In this document: piece after piece, positions 25,201 through 33,787 of the stretch | Layout of the letters: each line of letters begins with the position of its first letter | Numbering within the stretch: the stretch's first letter is position 1 | NCBI GenBank assembly: GCA_040757775.1 | Contig: JBFLWQ010000007.1 | Location: 65,728 to 129,727, forward strand | Source: Thermodesulfobacteriota bacterium | GTDB lineage: Bacteria > Desulfobacterota > UBA8473 | Direction: 5' to 3' | Length of the DNA: 64,000 nt | The notes under the pieces: generated by a model | Database searches by the model: none | What the model saw: only the letters and a program-made list of their open reading frames with translations | What the model was told of the DNA's origin: nothing | Translations under genes and position numbers: made by a program

Positions 25201-25585
25201 AAGCAATGTGTTCTGGGATTGCTATGAAAAGGTAAAGAAATTCAGGGAACATCGTACCGTGCCTGTGAGTGAGCAAAGTCTGGAACAGAAGGCGTTGAAT
25301 AATCTCAACACATTCATAAAAAATCCATGGGAAGAATTGTTGCCGTACATGGATTTTTTAAGAACCCTGCGCGAGGACATAATTGATTACGGCACACTCT
25401 CTGACTACACCCTGCGTCGCATCGCCAATCTTCTAAATTCAAATGATAACAATCGTAAAAAAGCAATTATCGAAATATCAGCCCTGAAAGATGAGATTGG
25501 AGAAGACTATCTCCAAAAAGAGAAGGACAAGCAGAAAGATTTATCTAAAGAAATAATTATTGCAATAGAAAATCAGAAAATATAA
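22202..25585 (+). CDS. Fusion protein: N-terminal PLD-family (HKD) nuclease domain + SNF2-family helicase (DEAH) + uncharacterised ~270-aa C-terminal domain
   Basis: Single HxK...GSxN motif (NHAKIYLF...ITGSSNLT) at residues ~130-160. SNF2 motif I ADVVGLGKT, motif II VVIIDEAHRF, TATPFNN, and helicase-C QRVGRINRI. AAGGA SD. AT-rich codon usage. Confidence 0.85.
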   Translation: MKNFITNNSETNLRKRLIELIKKSDELKFLVGFFYFSGIRELYEGLKEKPDITIKVLVGLNVDKTNFGLLEFADQDKQLSDEERSYKFLQSVKKSINSEDFDTQEFYQQVRFFIKLISDGKLIIRKTYNPNHAKIYLFKLEEGQVKRNLFITGSSNLTKAGITTQEEFNVEISDFGFDDAEEYFDRLWDEAVKITEDDVTKRKLIETVEKETLVKDITPFEAFVLVLKTYLDSFEQKEVGQSLIKILEENGYTTYQYQIDAVKQALAIIEKNNGVIIADVVGLGKTIIACAVARELKKRGVVICPPGIVGDKNKNSGWMKYTEEFRLYDWEVRSLGDLENIADFVYKARDIEVVIIDEAHRFRNQDIKNYEYLKNICRNKIVILLTATPFNNRPGDILSLLKLFITPKKSSITLENNLVDRFRVFKGTFDRLAYIRKYHSSPNEYKRRKAEDYYKGLFEEASINLYKVKQRAHYLARQIRDVIEPVTIRRNRLDLQNNPFYKDEVKNLSKVKDPNEWFFELTKKQSEFYDQIVSHYFGDPDEGGQFNGAIYRPFEYEVEREKVIGEKLTERENFQFIQQRNLYDFMRRLIVKRFESSFGSFEQSIKNFKEITEIALQFINKTQKYILDRSLLYKIYDLDLDQIEEYLKDYSEKIRNGDYPKNHKIYDLNKLKYKDDFLAHINADLTLFDNILKELSALNLVKNDPKAECLLKNIKDVLKQKPKKGEPKRKIIIFSEYLDTVRYLEPILKKQFCERLLVIGGDLSSSKIMNINKNFDASYGRREDEYDILLASDRISEGFNLNRAGMVINYDIPWNPVRVIQRVGRINRISKKVFDELYIVNFFPTEKGAELVKSREIASNKMFLIHNTLGEDAKIFDIDEEPTPSGLYERIQQNPDNLEQEGFYTKMLTKYLEIKRGNPALIKDLKNYPSRIKVAKKYGENELLVFLKKGKLYIHSVKYNAEKDNCLSAVPTAQAGIYQPTFEEVFDKIVCDKDEEKLPLSNVFWDCYEKVKKFREHRTVPVSEQSLEQKALNNLNTFIKNPWEELLPYMDFLRTLREDIIDYGTLSDYTLRRIANLLNSNDNNRKKAIIEISALKDEIGEDYLQKEKDKQKDLSKEIIIAIENQKI

Positions 25586-25731
25586 ATCTGCTAGAATGCT
25601 TTGGTATCTGTGGCAGAAAAAATTAAATTTCAAAATCTACAACAAACCCCCTATCATTGCAGACTATTGACATAATTGCCGAAATGGAGCAATATCCAAT
25701 TTAGTTAAACTAAAATGGAGGTTATTCCAGA

Positions 25732-25824
25732 ATGAAAATATTCGATAGAATCCTTAATATCAAACTCCCACCCAAACAATCTGCTTTCTTATGGGGCGCA
25801 AGAAAGACAGGGAAGAATGCCTGA
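25732..25824 (+). pseudogene. 30-codon remnant of the N-terminus of a COG1373-type AAA+ ATPase
   Basis: MKIFDRILNIKLPPKQSAFLWGARKTGKNA* retains an SD and a Walker-A-like FLWGARKTGK, but terminates just before the methyltransferase gene. Confidence 0.4.
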
Positions 25825-25855
25825 TTAAGGTTTATCCTTATCATTGAGGAGTTAC

Positions 25856-28800
25856 ATGCCAGAATTGTATAACAATGCAAGAAAAATATTATATGACATA
25901 ATTGAAGATTTTAGCCCCGATAAATTTATTCGCTTTTTCCGTGAGAAAAGCCGTGCCTTCACTCCAAGAGAAGAAGAGTTGTTCCAATATGACGATGATA
26001 ATTTCAGGAACGGTGTAAATCTTGGTGAAATTCAGTTTGCACAGGATGAGAAGATGCTTGTCTGTGCATTCGAGGCAAGCCAGCCACTTTCAGAACGAAG
26101 CGGCAAGAAGGCGCAGTATGAGAAGGGAAAGAAAATCCTTAAAGAAAGTCAGTCAGAAGCGGGCATTTTTATCTTCTATGACCCCCGGGGTAATTTCCGT
26201 TTTTCTCTGATTTATGCCAATTATCTTGGAACCCGCAGAGACTGGAGCGCCTTTCGACGGTTTACTTATTTTGTAAACCCGGAATTTACCAACAAAACCT
26301 TTCTACAAAGAATTGGAGGTGAAGATAACGATGATAGTTTTTCGTCTTTAGAAAAAATCAAAGACGTGTTTTCTGTAGAGAAAGTTACTAATAAGTTCTT
26401 TGACGATTTTAGAGTAATTTTTGAGCGGACCAAACATGAATTTGAGAAACAAAATAAAAATACAGTTTGCCTTTGGCTAAAGGACAGATATACAGATGAA
26501 GAATATAAAGAACAGATAAATAGATTTGTTTATACTTTTCTGGGTAGGATTGTTTTTGTGTATTTCTTACAGCGTAAAGGTTGGATAGAAAATCAAGTTA
26601 ATTATATTAGAAAAACGCTTGAGAATAATAGCAATACAAGTCTTTACTTAAGTTTTTTCCAGCCTTTATTTTTTGATGTCTTTGCCAAGAAAGAAAGCGA
26701 ACGGCCAGCAGAAATAAAAAAACAGTATAAAGATACCCCTTATCTTAATGGCGGTCTTTTTGAAAGAAGTGAACTAGAAAACAATTTACAAGAAAAAGGC
26801 ATTTTTATTTTTTTTGATGATAAGTTTATCCGAGATATTATTCTAAATTTCTTTGAAAATTATAACTTTACCATAGATGAAAATTCACCGGATGACCAAG
26901 AAGTTTCAATTGATCCAGAAATGTTGGGCAAGGTTTTTGAGAATACCCTAGCTGAAGAAGAACGAGGCAAAAAAGGGACTTTTTACACGCCAAGAGAAGT
27001 TGTTCACTTTATGGTAAAGGATTCTTTGTGGCAGTTTTTGCAAAATGAAACAAAAATTAACAAAGAAAAACTCCATCAGTTAATTTACGATAAAGAAGAA
27101 ATAGAACCTCTTACCCTAAAAAAAGAAGAAATTAGATTGCTTGATGACAAATTGGAGCATATTAAAGTTCTGGATCCCGCAGTCGGCTCCGCGGCTTTCC
27201 CGGTAGAGATGATGCAGGTTTTGGTTAATTTACGGAAACGGCTTAATGTAAATGTCGGCAAAAATATAAATGAAGTGTCGCTCAAAAAACATTTTATAAA
27301 AGAAAATCTTTATGGCGTGGATATTGACCCTGGCGCTATTGAAATTGCCAAGCTTCGTTTGTGGCTGGCATTGATAGTAGATTATGAAAAATCCGAAGCC
27401 GAACCGCTCCCTAATTTGGATTTTCAATTCCGCGTTGGCAACTCGTTACAAGAAAAAATTGATGATATTGATATTTTCCAAGAAGAAATGGTTGGCCAAT
27501 ATGGTTTATTTAAGAGCGAGTCAGAATATGAAAAAATGAAGGATAGAATGATTGCTATAAAAGATAAATTTTACCTTTCAGATAATGAAAATGAAAAAAA
27601 GAGATTAAAAAAACAGTTTGATAATTTGGAACATGAATTAATTCAAGCAGTTTTAAAAAATTATGGCAATCAGTTTAAATCTCAAATTGATAATGTTGAT
27701 ACTTTAGTAAAGGGGCAAAGGAAAGTAAAAGTTCAAAAGGAAATTGAGAAAACATTAAAAATAATCGCGAAATTGGAACAAAAAATTAAAGACGGCACTT
27801 ATAAATTATTCAAACCTGATTTTCATTTTTCCGAAGTATTTGATCGTAAAGATAACAATAATAATAAAATCGGCGGTTTTGATATTGTTATCGGTAATCC
27901 GCCCTATGGTGTTAAAGTAGAAAATGATATTAAAGAATGGCACGGTCTTGGAAGCAAAGACAGTTATGGTATTTTTATTTCAACGGCACTAAAAAGATTT
28001 CTCAAGCCGGGTGGGATTTTATCTTTTATCGTTTCTGATACTTGGTTAACGATTAAAACCCATAAACCATTGCGGGAGCAGGTATTGGGAAAGCAATTAC
28101 ATAAAATAATTCGTGTACACCAGGATTGTTTTGAGGCGACTGTCAATGCCTGCATAATGAGCGTGACGAACAGATCAGATAACGACAGCAAATTGATAAC
28201 AGCTGATTTTACAAATATTTCAACCCGAAAAGAAATAGAAGAATTACGGGAAAAACTTTATCATTTAGATGATTTTATCGGTCAATCCACGTCCAAGCTA
28301 GCCGTATATGAATATAATCAAGGATTGATTAAAACCAATTCTAATCTGCCGATTTTTGTCGGCAGCCCAAAATTGTTTCAGTTTATGTCTTACCCTCATG
28401 GAGTATCTTCTCTATATCCCAATTTTGCGGATGTAAAAAAGGGTATAGATACAGGGGAAAACGATTATTTTTTGTATCAGAATCCTGTGGCCAGAGGTAA
28501 CTACAGACCGGTTCCGCAGGAAAGAATCCTTAATGAATATGAGATATCTCTACTTACAATTGATGAACGACTTCACGGAATAGATCCCCAAAAACATAAA
28601 GGGAAATACATTATTCCATATGACAAAGGGGGAGAATCTGACACTGATGAGGGTTGGTTGCCGAATTATTTTGTTCCAACAGATTATTTTATAGACTGGT
28701 CGCGAGTATCTGTCAAAGAATTAAGAAGCAGAACACAGCGAGATTCAGGAAAAAATAAGGCATCTATCAGAAATGAAGACTCTTGGTTTAAAAAAGGAAT

Positions 28801-29227
28801 TACCTTTTCTTTGACTGGACAATATGCTCCTACTGTTAGATTAAACTCTACTGCGTTATTTGATAACAATGGGTCAACCATCTTTCCAAATGAAGAATTG
28901 AAAACACATTTATTATTGGGGTTGCTTGCATCAAAGTTAATGAAATATTTTTTTAAGAATTTTATTGATCATACCGTGCACGCACAAGTTAATGATTTTA
29001 AAGGTTTGCCAATAGTAATTAGTTTTAATCCTGCGGTTGATAAACTTGTTCGCCAAATTTTTGTAAAACAAAAACAAAATCCCCGCTATGATTATATGAG
29101 CAACGAGCAGAAAGAAATTGATAAATTGGTTTATGAAATGTACGGCTTGAACGCCGAAGATATTCGCGAAGTGGAAACTTGGTATGCCCGCCGATATCCA
29201 AAATTGGCGAGATTTTGCGAAGTGTAA
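25856..29227 (+). CDS. MmeI/PglX/Eco57I-like gamma-class N6-adenine DNA methyltransferase with TRD, no recognisable PD-ExK nuclease; frame terminates one nt before its conserved C-terminal helix
   Basis: PYLNGGLF (~aa 300), GTFYTPREVV, motif I LDPAVGSAAF, motif IV GNPPYG. GAGGAG SD before ATG 25856 (the ORF track starts at TTG 25844). The +1 frame from 29229-29308 encodes KQIDQMVYNLYELTEDEIKIVEGKG*. Confidence 0.85.
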   Translation: MPELYNNARKILYDIIEDFSPDKFIRFFREKSRAFTPREEELFQYDDDNFRNGVNLGEIQFAQDEKMLVCAFEASQPLSERSGKKAQYEKGKKILKESQSEAGIFIFYDPRGNFRFSLIYANYLGTRRDWSAFRRFTYFVNPEFTNKTFLQRIGGEDNDDSFSSLEKIKDVFSVEKVTNKFFDDFRVIFERTKHEFEKQNKNTVCLWLKDRYTDEEYKEQINRFVYTFLGRIVFVYFLQRKGWIENQVNYIRKTLENNSNTSLYLSFFQPLFFDVFAKKESERPAEIKKQYKDTPYLNGGLFERSELENNLQEKGIFIFFDDKFIRDIILNFFENYNFTIDENSPDDQEVSIDPEMLGKVFENTLAEEERGKKGTFYTPREVVHFMVKDSLWQFLQNETKINKEKLHQLIYDKEEIEPLTLKKEEIRLLDDKLEHIKVLDPAVGSAAFPVEMMQVLVNLRKRLNVNVGKNINEVSLKKHFIKENLYGVDIDPGAIEIAKLRLWLALIVDYEKSEAEPLPNLDFQFRVGNSLQEKIDDIDIFQEEMVGQYGLFKSESEYEKMKDRMIAIKDKFYLSDNENEKKRLKKQFDNLEHELIQAVLKNYGNQFKSQIDNVDTLVKGQRKVKVQKEIEKTLKIIAKLEQKIKDGTYKLFKPDFHFSEVFDRKDNNNNKIGGFDIVIGNPPYGVKVENDIKEWHGLGSKDSYGIFISTALKRFLKPGGILSFIVSDTWLTIKTHKPLREQVLGKQLHKIIRVHQDCFEATVNACIMSVTNRSDNDSKLITADFTNISTRKEIEELREKLYHLDDFIGQSTSKLAVYEYNQGLIKTNSNLPIFVGSPKLFQFMSYPHGVSSLYPNFADVKKGIDTGENDYFLYQNPVARGNYRPVPQERILNEYEISLLTIDERLHGIDPQKHKGKYIIPYDKGGESDTDEGWLPNYFVPTDYFIDWSRVSVKELRSRTQRDSGKNKASIRNEDSWFKKGITFSLTGQYAPTVRLNSTALFDNNGSTIFPNEELKTHLLLGLLASKLMKYFFKNFIDHTVHAQVNDFKGLPIVISFNPAVDKLVRQIFVKQKQNPRYDYMSNEQKEIDKLVYEMYGLNAEDIREVETWYARRYPKLARFCEV

Positions 29228-29231
29228 AAAA

Positions 29232-29299
29232 CAGATTGACCAGATGGTCTATAACCTCTATGAGCTGACAGAAGATGAGATAAAGATTGTGGAGGGGAA
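29232..29299 (+). repeat. 68-bp direct repeat copy 1 (3' end of MTase gene plus SD)
   Basis: 66/68 identical to 29867-29934. Ends in GTGGAGGGGAA immediately before the ATG of the next gene. Confidence 0.85.
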
Positions 29300-29308
29300 G
29301 GGGTAACA

Positions 29309-29590
29309 ATGCAAATTAAATATTCAAAGCACATTGAGGCAAGGATTGTCATGAGAAAGATTGAATACAGCCTGCCAAAAGAAATCTTCAAAAATGCAGA
29401 AGAGCGATTCATAGATGCAGAAACAGGGCATACAATAGCTGTTAAGAAGGCAGTATTATATGGAAAAGAAAGAGATATAATGGTAGCATATAGATATGAA
29501 GATATAGATGTTAAGCTATTAACTATACATCCCTTAAAAGAAGGACAAAAAGAAAACCGAGTTAAATCAGGAAGATGGAGGAAAATCTAA
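29309..29590 (+). CDS. DUF4258-family protein (putative toxin of a DUF4258/DUF2283 TA pair)
   Basis: 93 aa. MQIKYSKHIEARIVMRKIEY... matches DUF4258 size and pattern. Its stop overlaps the downstream start (TAATG). Confidence 0.6.
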   Translation: MQIKYSKHIEARIVMRKIEYSLPKEIFKNAEERFIDAETGHTIAVKKAVLYGKERDIMVAYRYEDIDVKLLTIHPLKEGQKENRVKSGRWRKI

Positions 29591-29799
29591 TGGACGATTT
29601 CAAGGTTTTTTATGATGAAGAAGAGGATATCCTTTACCTTGCAAAAGAAGGTGAGGAAGCCGAAGTTGTAGAAGTATCTCCGGGTGTGAATATGGAACTT
29701 GACAGTAACGGTAATCTTATGGGTATTGAACTCTTCAAAGCCTCTCATATGTTTAAAAATGTTCTTAAACCAATGGAGAAGAAACTTCAATTTGCATAA
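29589..29799 (+). CDS. DUF2283-family protein (putative antitoxin)
   Basis: About 70 aa, ...FYDEEEDILYL...VNMELDSNGNLMGIELFKAS, the typical DUF2283 pattern. Translationally coupled to the upstream ORF. Confidence 0.6.
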
Positions 29800-29866
29800 C
29801 TGCTGCCCCCAAATCCTCACTGCCCAAAAGAAAGACCCCAATACCTACACATCGGCACTGGAAAGG

Positions 29867-29934
29867 CAGATTGACTAGATGGTCTATAACCTCTATGGGC
29901 TGACAGAAGATGAGATAAAGATTGTGGAGGGGAA
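29867..29934 (+). repeat. 68-bp direct repeat copy 2 (decayed: in-frame TAG)
   Basis: CAGATTGACTAGATGGTCTATAACCTCTATGGGCTGACAGAAGATGAGATAAAGATTGTGGAGGGGAA. Confidence 0.85.
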
Positions 29935-29937
29935 AAG

Positions 29938-30300
29938 ATGAAATATAACCCTGATATTCTGACATTCACCACCACCGTTCTATACGATTAAAAGGATATG
30001 ATTATTCAAAGGCAGGGGCATATTTTGTAACGATATGCACACAAAACAGGGAATGTTTGTTAGGCGATGCAGTAGATGGTGAAATGAGATTGAACGAAAT
30101 GGGTAAAAGAATAATGGCATGTTGGCAGGGAATACCTGAACATTTTAGAGATGTTGAAATTGAGGAATTTATTGTAATGCCAAATCATGTTCATGGGATT
30201 ATTGTTATAAATCATATGTAGGGGCGCAATTTATTGCGCCCGATAGAACAGATACGTCATTACAGGGGAATCAGGACGTGATGAATCAGGGAGATGGATG
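29938..30300 (+). pseudogene. RAYT / IS200-like (Y1) tyrosine transposase pseudogene, frameshifted and 3'-truncated
   Basis: MKYNPD... then after a frame change HHHRSIRLKGYDYSKAGAYFVTICTQNRECL...IVMPNHVHGIIVI* (HuH-type IMPNHVH). A second frame change follows, then truncation at the thiL stop. Confidence 0.6.
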
Positions 30301-30304
30301 AAGT

Positions 30305-31315
30305 TTACAAAAAATGATCGAAGCCTTTTTTTTCAACTGTGTATCTCTTCCCACTATCATCTAAAACCGTAATCCCTTCCTCTGGTTCTACAATCTCTCC
30401 AATATGGGTAACCTTAGTCTTAAATCTGTTTTTCATCCTGTTAAATAAGTTAATATTACCCTTATCAACGGTGAATAAAAGCTCATAGTCCTCTCCGCCA
30501 CCGAGGGCTAAATCTATTGGTCTGTCGGTAAATTCACGGGAGACCTTTTGAAAGGCTTCCGAAGCAGGGAGTTTTTCCAACCAGATTTTTGCCCCCACTT
30601 TGCTTTGTTCACAGATATGCCCAAGGTCAGAGATAAGACCGTCGCTAATATCAATCATGGCCGAGGCAATGCGGTTCTCTGCAATCAACCTGCCTTCGGC
30701 TACCCTGGGAGTGGGGTTACAGTGCCTTTCCACTAAATCCTTAAATCTTTCCTCAATCCTGGATAGTTCTTTTCTATTCATGAGAATTTCAAACCCCAGA
30801 GCCGAATCTCCCAGCGTCCCCGTTACAAATACTTGATCTCCAACATGGGCATTATCACGATAGATTACATTGCCAGGAAAGGCTTCTCCCAGTAAAGTAA
30901 TGTTAATGTTGAGCTTTTCTGGAGAAAAAGAGGTGTCGCCACCAACGACATGAGTTTGGAAGGAATTAGCGGTCTCCTTAATGCCATCTGCAAATTCATC
31001 GATAAATTCTACAGATATCTTTGGGGGAATGGCAAGGGAGACCAAGAAGAACTTTGGGGTTCCTCCCATAGCAGCGATATCACTAATATTAACTGCCAGG
31101 GACTTCTTTCCTAAATTATATGCAGATATAAACCTCAGGTCAAAATGAACATCTTCAATAAGGGAATCACTGGTGGAGAGCAGTAATCTTCCTTTTTGAA
31201 TCTCAATAGCACAGGCATCATCGCCTATACCTTTAATGATATCTTGATGGGGGAAAGCGAGCTTAGTTTTTATTCTCTCTATCAGCCCGAATTCTCCCAC
31301 CTCTTTGATTTCCAA
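30305..31315 (-). CDS. thiL: Thiamine-monophosphate kinase
   Basis: [16 protein letters not shown]...GDDACAI AIR-synthase-related fold. Confidence 0.9.
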   Translation of the reverse strand: MEIKEVGEFGLIERIKTKLAFPHQDIIKGIGDDACAIEIQKGRLLLSTSDSLIEDVHFDLRFISAYNLGKKSLAVNISDIAAMGGTPKFFLVSLAIPPKISVEFIDEFADGIKETANSFQTHVVGGDTSFSPEKLNINITLLGEAFPGNVIYRDNAHVGDQVFVTGTLGDSALGFEILMNRKELSRIEERFKDLVERHCNPTPRVAEGRLIAENRIASAMIDISDGLISDLGHICEQSKVGAKIWLEKLPASEAFQKVSREFTDRPIDLALGGGEDYELLFTVDKGNINLFNRMKNRFKTKVTHIGEIVEPEEGITVLDDSGKRYTVEKKGFDHFL

Positions 31316-33665
31316 CTCTACTTCCCTTTAGAAGCGCTGCCTCTAGCACGTCATCCATCTTTTTAGCGAAAACAAAAGTAATCTTCTTTTTTATGTAGTT
31401 AGGGATATCATCCAGGTCTTTCCTGTTTCTCTCAGGAATAATTACAGTCCCAATCTTTGCCCGCAATGCAGCTAAAGTCTTCTCTTTCAACCCTCCAATT
31501 GGAAGCACTCTTCCTCTCAGGGTTATTTCACCTGTCATAGCTATATCCTTATTGACAGGGGTTTTTGAAAGGGCAGAGATTAAGGCAGTAGCCATAGTTA
31601 CCCCTGCTGATGGACCGTCTTTGGGGATAGCCCCTGCCGGAATATGGATATGGGCATCCTGTTTTTTGTAGAAATCTTCGTCTAATTTCAACTCCTTTGC
31701 CTTTGAACGGGCATAGCTCAGGGCAGCCTGTGCAGATTCTTTCATTACATCTCCCAGTTGTCCGGTAAGGATTAAGTCCCCTTTCCCTTTCATGGTGGAT
31801 GCTTCTATGTGCAAGATTTCCCCGCCTGCCTGTGTCCAGGCAAGGCCAGTCGCAACTCCAGCCTCACTTATTGCTTGCTCCTCTTCAGGCAGGTACACAG
31901 GTGTGCCCAGGTATTTGTGCAGGTTTCCTCTATTAACCCTGGAAACCCCTTTTTTCCCTTCAGCGATCCTTCGGGCTACTTTTCTACATATACTCGCAAT
32001 CTCCCGTTCAAGGTTTCTAAGTCCGGCTTCTTGAGTATAGTGGGAAATTATCTGTAATATAGCTTCATTCGACATCTTCATATCTTTTTCTGTAATTCCG
32101 TTTTCTTCTAACTGTAGAGGGAGTAAAAACTTTAGCGCTATCTTTAACTTTTCTTCTTCTGTGTATCCTGAGAGAGTAATGACCTCCATTCGGTCTTTCA
32201 AGGCAGGGATGATTGGGTCTACGAGATTTGCAGTGGTAATAAACATAACATTTGAAAGATCAAAAGGGACATTCAGATAGTGGTCACTAAAAGCAAAGTT
32301 CTGCTCGGGATCCAAAACTTCTAAAAGGGCGGCAGAAGGGTCTCCCCGGAAATCTGCCCCCACTTTATCTATTTCATCCATCATGAAAACCGGATTATTT
32401 GATCCTGCTTGTTTGATGCTCTGAATTATCCGCCCTGGCAGTGCTCCTACATAGGTTCTTCTGTGTCCTCTAATCTCTGCTTCGTCTCTAACACCACCAA
32501 GGGATATCCTTGTAAACTTACGCCCTAAAGCCCTGGCAATGGATTTGCCCAACGATGTTTTTCCCACTCCTGGTGGGCCAACAAAGCAAAGGATAGGGCC
32601 TTTCTTCTTTTTGCTCAGCTTGCGGACACCCAGGTATTCCAGTATCCTTTCTTTAACCTTTTCTAAATTATAATGATCCTCATCCAGTACTTTTTTAGCA
32701 GCCTTTATATCGAGGTTGTCTTCGGTAATTATCTTCCAGGGAAGCTCTACCAGCCAATCAAGATAGGTTCTAACTATAGATGCCTCTGCTGCATCAGGGT
32801 GCATCTGTTCCAGCCTGTCCATCTGTTTGTTGGCTTCTTTCTCAACCTCTTTAGGCATCTTTGCCTTTTTGATCTTCTTCTTGAAGTCTATTATTTCTTT
32901 TGTCCTTTCATCTACATCTCCCAGTTCATTCTTGATTGCCCGAAGCTGTTCCCTCAGGAAGTAATCTCGCTGTGTCTTGGTCATTTCTTCTTTAGCCTGG
33001 GACTGTATCTTTGCCTGCATGCTTGAGAGCTCTACTTCTTTGCTTAAAAGCTCATTAACCTTTATGAGGCGATCAATAGGGTTAAAAATCTCCAGGACCT
33101 GCTGAGCTTCCTCAATCTTCAAATTCAGGTTTGAAGCCACCAGATCTGCCAGTCTTCCCGGGTCTTCAATATTATTAAGGATCATTACAACATCTGAAGA
33201 CAACAAGCCTCTTAAAGAAAGTACCTTCTCACTGTGTTCCTTAACACTTCGCATCAGGGCTTCTGCCTCCAGGGGCAGTTCAGGCATAATCGGTTCCTTG
33301 ATCGTATCGATATTCACCATGTAACAAGGTTTCTGTTGTATGTACTCAATTATACGCCCTCTCATTAAACCCTGAACCAGAATCTTTACCCTTCCGTCAG
33401 GGAGTTTTAGCATTCTCATAACCGTAGCCACCGTTCCCACAGAATAGATACTCTCGGGTTTCGGATCTTCAACCGTCGGGTCCTTCTGAGTAGCTAAGAA
33501 TATCAAACGGTTTTTTGATAATGCCTCATCAACGGCCTTGATGGACCCTTCTCTACCTACAAACAATGGTACAATCATGTATGAAAATATGACGACGTCT
33601 CTGACAGGCAATAAGGGCAGGGTATCCGGAATCTCAACATCTTCTCTCTTTATATCATAATCCAT
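31263..33665 (-). CDS. lon: ATP-dependent protease Lon (paralogue 1)
   Basis: LON N-domain, AAA+ GPPGVGKTS, and S16 protease PKDGPSAG. The 3' end overlaps the thiL start by about 50 nt. Confidence 0.95.
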   Translation of the reverse strand: MDYDIKREDVEIPDTLPLLPVRDVVIFSYMIVPLFVGREGSIKAVDEALSKNRLIFLATQKDPTVEDPKPESIYSVGTVATVMRMLKLPDGRVKILVQGLMRGRIIEYIQQKPCYMVNIDTIKEPIMPELPLEAEALMRSVKEHSEKVLSLRGLLSSDVVMILNNIEDPGRLADLVASNLNLKIEEAQQVLEIFNPIDRLIKVNELLSKEVELSSMQAKIQSQAKEEMTKTQRDYFLREQLRAIKNELGDVDERTKEIIDFKKKIKKAKMPKEVEKEANKQMDRLEQMHPDAAEASIVRTYLDWLVELPWKIITEDNLDIKAAKKVLDEDHYNLEKVKERILEYLGVRKLSKKKKGPILCFVGPPGVGKTSLGKSIARALGRKFTRISLGGVRDEAEIRGHRRTYVGALPGRIIQSIKQAGSNNPVFMMDEIDKVGADFRGDPSAALLEVLDPEQNFAFSDHYLNVPFDLSNVMFITTANLVDPIIPALKDRMEVITLSGYTEEEKLKIALKFLLPLQLEENGITEKDMKMSNEAILQIISHYTQEAGLRNLEREIASICRKVARRIAEGKKGVSRVNRGNLHKYLGTPVYLPEEEQAISEAGVATGLAWTQAGGEILHIEASTMKGKGDLILTGQLGDVMKESAQAALSYARSKAKELKLDEDFYKKQDAHIHIPAGAIPKDGPSAGVTMATALISALSKTPVNKDIAMTGEITLRGRVLPIGGLKEKTLAALRAKIGTVIIPERNRKDLDDIPNYIKKKITFVFAKKMDDVLEAALLKGSRVGNQRGGRIRADRENKN

Positions 33666-33756
33666 GCTTCTCTCCGTTTAATCTCAGGGTATATGGGAAT
33701 TGTCTGAAAAATCTGACGTACAGCAACTTGTATAGTAACCGGGCGCAACTTTCACC

Positions 33757-33786
33757 TATATATAATGATACTATCGGCAAAGTCAA
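33757..33786 (-). promoter_or_regulatory. Candidate sigma-70 promoter for lon-1
   Basis: Minus strand TTGACT-16 nt-TATATA, about 95 nt upstream of the lon start. Confidence 0.4.
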
Positions 33787-33787
33787 G

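Noticed and set aside
26811-26818. T8 homopolymer inside the methyltransferase gene as a phase-variation switch
   Set aside because: The tract is too short for efficient slippage, and similar A/T runs are common throughout this AT-rich gene.
22202-29227. Both large island proteins being exactly 1127 aa
   Set aside because: This is a coincidence of ORF length. The two proteins have unrelated sequences and it has no biological meaning.
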